Source: Promethearchaeia archaeon (GTDB taxonomy: Archaea; Asgardarchaeota; Lokiarchaeia; Sigyniarchaeales; SOKP01). From it: 32,000 bases of DNA. The translations under genes and the position numbers were made by a program. The stretch is from assembly GCA_046497275.1 (NCBI GenBank), contig JAWOFX010000113.1, forward strand, positions 10,869-42,868. The letters run 5' to 3'. The notes under the pieces were generated by a model, which saw only the letters and a program-made list of their open reading frames with translations, was not told the DNA's origin and searched no databases. Every line of letters starts with the position of its first letter. Positions within the stretch are counted from its first letter, which is position 1. Shown one piece after another: positions 28,364 to 32,000 of the stretch.

Positions 28364-29059
28364 ATGACAAGTTATAAATCAGCAATTAAATATTTGAAAA
28401 AATCTTTTCCAGATGTAATGGAAACAGCATTTATCTCGGGAGAGGGGAAGATTTTATATTCTAATGATAAGTGGAGCATCAAAAATGATTTAGGAGCTCT
28501 CTTATCAACATGGTTTAGCCAAAATGGTCAATATGTGAATCTTAATGGAATAAGATATTCTATCCTTCAGATGGAACCTGAACGTTTTGTGGCAACCAAT
28601 CGAAAAAAAAAAGGACATTTAGTTGGAGCTGCAACTCCAAGTTTGGATAAATTCCTTATCGCCCATATAAGCCCAAAATCCAAGAATTGGTTTCATGGCG
28701 CCTATCCTACCATTGCTAGAGTGGCTGCTATGATTCAGAGCGGATTTAAAATCGATATGAAAGATAATGCGAAACCAACACGAACTAAGCATAAAAAGAA
28801 AATAAAAGAAAGCTCATTGGAGAAAGATTATTTTACTTCATTCATCGGATCTGAAAATAACCAAAATACTTATCTTGTACAGCAAAATCCTCAAAGAGAT
28901 TCCTACTTAATTCAAGAAATTGAAAATTTATTAGAATGGATAAAAGACCCAGATGGATTAGCTGGATTTATAAGATATTATCTTAGTATCAATGATTCAA
29001 TTATGATATCTAAATTATCGGAGATATACCAAAGATTTTATAAAATATTTTATGAATAA
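28364..29059 (+). CDS. Asgard profilin-like protein with C-terminal extension domain
   Basis: AFISGEGKILYSNDKW, LNGIRYSILQMEPERFVATN..KGHLVGA resemble Lokiarchaeal profilins; about 100 extra C-terminal residues. Confidence 0.75.
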   Translation: MTSYKSAIKYLKKSFPDVMETAFISGEGKILYSNDKWSIKNDLGALLSTWFSQNGQYVNLNGIRYSILQMEPERFVATNRKKKGHLVGAATPSLDKFLIAHISPKSKNWFHGAYPTIARVAAMIQSGFKIDMKDNAKPTRTKHKKKIKESSLEKDYFTSFIGSENNQNTYLVQQNPQRDSYLIQEIENLLEWIKDPDGLAGFIRYYLSINDSIMISKLSEIYQRFYKIFYE

Positions 29060-29194
29060 TCCGATGTTTTAGAATTTAAAGAACTTGAAGAGATTGGTTT
29101 TGATAAATTATTTATTTTTTGATATAATATTTAATTTAACTTTTAGTTCATAGTAAAATTAGATCTTAAAAAAAGTAAACAAAAACGCTTATAT

Positions 29195-29296
29195 GGGCCG
29201 ATGGTCTAGCTGGAATGACGTCCGCTTGACGTGCGGAAAGATATCTTGAATAATAGATATCCCGTAGGGTCGGGAGTTCAAATCTCCCTCGGCCCA
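29195..29296 (+). tRNA. trnV: tRNA-Val(GAC) with 29-nt intron (29239..29267) at position 44/45
   Basis: Acceptor stem GGGCCGA/TCGGCCC, anticodon arm TCCGC-TTGACGT-GCGGA, T-loop GTTCAAAT; removing the intron restores AGGTC. Confidence 0.92.
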
Positions 29297-29327
29297 CTTT
29301 CTTATAAATAATAAAAAAGGTTATAAA

Positions 29328-29807
29328 ATGCCTATCAGGATTCGATGGAGATCAAAAGACTATATTGGCATAGCTCTTATGCTTTTAGGAGGCTGTGGGT
29401 TATTTCAAACCTTTTTTATTCTGTTCGCTCAATATTTCTTGCTTGTGGCTAATTATTTTGTAATCATTATAATCCCAATCGGAAGTACATTAGCGTTATT
29501 TTATGCTTCTATAATTATTTTTGAAAGCATTGCTGAAGTTAAGCGTCAGAGAAAATTAAAAAGTCAATTTAAAAAAAAAGAAGAAGAGACTCAAATCCTA
29601 AAAAAGTTTCTCAATTTCCCAATTACTTTCCCGTTATTAATTAGTTTTATTGTATTCATAGGATTCTTTTCCTTGATTTATGCCATTTTTGCAACCATTT
29701 TAAATAATCAATTATCATTTTTAATTTCTGAAAATCTTGCCGCTATTATACTTCTATTAGTTGCTAACGCAATCGAAAGATATTATGCGAAAGTCAGAAG
29801 ATATTAA
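29328..29807 (+). CDS. Four-TM membrane protein of unknown function
   Basis: Two hydrophobic hairpins separated by a basic loop. Confidence 0.7.
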   Translation: MPIRIRWRSKDYIGIALMLLGGCGLFQTFFILFAQYFLLVANYFVIIIIPIGSTLALFYASIIIFESIAEVKRQRKLKSQFKKKEEETQILKKFLNFPITFPLLISFIVFIGFFSLIYAIFATILNNQLSFLISENLAAIILLLVANAIERYYAKVRRY

Positions 29808-29945
29808 TTCCCGAGCTATAGCAAAATTTATATCAACAAGGTATTATAATATTATTAATAAGAGTTTTGATTGAGTTTATTTTAGTTTACTTAATGTTAT
29901 TCCTATCAAGTACTTTTCAAAACTTAAAGAAATGGGAAATTTGTT

Positions 29946-30791
29946 ATGAAAGTTGAATTAAGATGTCCAGCGTGTAATTCAATAGGATTTATCGAGGTCT
30001 CTGAAGAGGAGTTAAATAATGTTTCTCGAGGTTTGTTAGCTGTTAATGTTTCCGAAGATATAATCTGCCAGCATACTTTCGTCGCCTATGTAGATAAGAA
30101 TCTTAATGTTCGAGACTGTTTTATAGCCGATTTTCATATTGAGATCCCGGATATGGCTTCAACTCAAGCAATAGAAGGAGAGGATATTTCTAAGACTGAT
30201 AAAATCGATTTAGTATTAATTAAATTAAATATGCCCGCTTCTTTAATTGCTTATGTATTAAAATCTATCTTATTTGGACAAAAATTTGTTATTGTAAATG
30301 ATCAAAATTATTTGTATGAACATATTAAATTATTTATAGAATATCTCACAGAAAATTCATTTAAAACCAATTATGAAATAGTTCCGCGAGAAGAATATTT
30401 AAACAAAAAAAAGGAATTTAAGGATCATATTGTATTTGAAGGAAATGAAGTTCTAAATGATAAAAATAAGATTTTAACAGACAAAGAAATAAGTGTGGAA
30501 AGAACTATTATTGAAAAATTTCTTTCTGAAGCAGATGAGAGATCAAGTTTGATTATTCTCAAAAATGAGATTCAAAAAGCATATAAATTATCAGAAAAAA
30601 TTATGGAATTTGTTGATAATTTTGAAGGTAAAGAAATTCAATCGAAAAAGATTCTGGATTATCTCTCCACTGAAGAGAATATTGTGATTAAAATCCCTTA
30701 TTTACGATTTTTAATAGATATCGTGGAAAATTATTTCAATGTGAAAGTTCCCATTTCTTCCGACATCAGCAATTTTCTTGGTTTCTTGTAA
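29946..30791 (+). CDS. Hypothetical protein with N-terminal Zn-binding motif
   Basis: CPAC...CQH; C-terminal alpha/beta and helical region. Confidence 0.7.
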   Translation: MKVELRCPACNSIGFIEVSEEELNNVSRGLLAVNVSEDIICQHTFVAYVDKNLNVRDCFIADFHIEIPDMASTQAIEGEDISKTDKIDLVLIKLNMPASLIAYVLKSILFGQKFVIVNDQNYLYEHIKLFIEYLTENSFKTNYEIVPREEYLNKKKEFKDHIVFEGNEVLNDKNKILTDKEISVERTIIEKFLSEADERSSLIILKNEIQKAYKLSEKIMEFVDNFEGKEIQSKKILDYLSTEENIVIKIPYLRFLIDIVENYFNVKVPISSDISNFLGFL

Positions 30792-30990
30792 AATTCTTTT
30801 TTTTAATTTTACATTTACTTGAAAAATTCTCAGTATCACGAATTTATCACCCTCATATATATTCATATATGTATGATAGATCATGAAACGCTTATTTCAC
30901 GAAGATTATTCCCAAAAGGTTGTTTTTCATTACATATTGAAAAGTTCAAATTTTTAAAAAAATTCTTTAACATATAATTTAGAAATAATA

Positions 30991-30996
30991 AGGTGA
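30991..30996 (+). promoter_or_regulatory. Shine-Dalgarno site
   Basis: AGGTGA 5 nt upstream of the ATG at 31002. Confidence 0.6.
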
Positions 30997-31001
30997 AATA
31001 A

Positions 31002-31478
31002 ATGGGGAAAAATAAAACACTCATAGCTTATGAAACGAAATCGGGGGTTTCTAAAGATAATGCTCATCTCATAGCAACCATTTTGAGGGAAAAGTATGAA
31101 ATGGAGGTTGATATTATTGATCTCAAGGAGAATAAAAATCCAGATACAAATGGCTATGAGAATATAATAGTAGGAAGTGGAATAAGAATAGGTCGGTGGT
31201 ATAAGCGACCAAAATCTTTTTTGAAGAAAACCGATTTTGGCAATAAAAAATTAGCAATCTATTTATCTTCAGGCAAGGCAGGTAATCCAGAATTCGATCA
31301 TGACCAAATTGTTGAGGAGTATGTTGGAAAAATCCTAAATAAGAGCCCACAATTGAAACTAGTGGCGTATAATGCATTTGGAGGATGCTATGAACGAGGG
31401 GGAAAAATACTAGAAGATTTTCGGGATCCTGAAAAAGTAAAGCAATGGGCTGAAGAATTAGGAAAATTACTAGTATAA
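31002..31478 (+). CDS. Flavodoxin-domain protein (HemG/flavodoxin_5-like)
   Basis: IAYETKSGVS phosphate loop, IIVGSGIRIGRW, AFGG, DFRDPEKVKQWA. Confidence 0.85.
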   Translation: MGKNKTLIAYETKSGVSKDNAHLIATILREKYEMEVDIIDLKENKNPDTNGYENIIVGSGIRIGRWYKRPKSFLKKTDFGNKKLAIYLSSGKAGNPEFDHDQIVEEYVGKILNKSPQLKLVAYNAFGGCYERGGKILEDFRDPEKVKQWAEELGKLLV

Positions 31479-31579
31479 TAATTTTTTTTCTTCTGTTTCT
31501 ATTTTTTTAATTAATCTGATTCATTTTATAATTTATAGAATAGTTCTAAGTTAGGAAGATTAAATTTAAAATAAAAAGA

Positions 31580-31650
31580 TGCGTCCGCCGGGATTCGAAC
31601 CCGGGTCACGTGGATGGCAACCACGAATACTGCCACTATACTACGAACGC
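31580..31650 (-). tRNA. trnG: tRNA-Gly(GCC)
   Basis: Reverse complement GCGTTCG..CGTGG-TTGCCAT-CCACG..GGTTCGAATCC..CGGACGC-A. Confidence 0.96.
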
Positions 31651-32000
31651 TTTTTGTAAGATAGAGATACATATGAGAATATATTAAGAAATTAAAATTT
31701 AATGAAAATGATTTAATTAATAATAAAGAGTCGAAATCCTTAATATCTAAGAAGATTATTATCTTAAAAAATTGTTAAGAACCAATTTTAAATACTTTTA
31801 AGAGAAAAAGACTATGATCATTGAAATTTAGATCATTACTGTAGTTTTTCCTTTAACGATGGTGAGACGATGATAGGGCATGAGAGACGCTGAGAGATAC
31901 GCATTTGAAGGTTTTCAATTGTGCGCATTCCGCATTGAACTCGATATAACTTATTTATATGCGTATTAATCGATTCATTTACTACTTTAATTGCTTTACT

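Noticed and set aside
811-31377. Short alternative-frame and antisense ORFs in the track (e.g. 811..1008, 1471..1665, 2285..2512, 9872..10084, 12481..12762, 13787..13969, 18212..18436, 23248..23550, 26179..26460, 31123..31377)
   Set aside because: They lie within or largely overlap well-supported genes and show no recognisable motifs, so they are treated as shadow ORFs
29195-31650. Two tRNA genes as possible integration sites bounding an island
   Set aside because: No integrase and no duplicated tRNA 3' end were seen
1-32000. CRISPR array, IS element or prophage
   Set aside because: No regularly spaced repeats, transposase or viral genes were recognised

Overview
AT-rich archaeal chromosomal window, most likely from an Asgard archaeon (Lokiarchaeia-like). 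This is an inference from the co-occurrence of archaeal eS1/S3Ae, archaeal GlmU and PGK, an intron-containing tRNA, a histone-fold gene, a profilin-like gene and longin/roadblock-like proteins. It holds about 27 CDS and 2 tRNAs (Val-GAC with a 29-nt BHB intron, Gly-GCC). I saw no transposase, integrase or CRISPR array. The most interesting element is a kaiB-kaiC pair with canonical clock motifs but no kaiA, a C-terminally shortened KaiB and KaiC, and neighbours nikR and a histone gene. Other highlights are a profilin with an extra C-terminal domain, a tRNA intron in the variable loop, a NikR with a His-rich insertion near larB/larC, and several putative eukaryotic-signature-type proteins. All calls come from motif recognition by eye; no searches were run.
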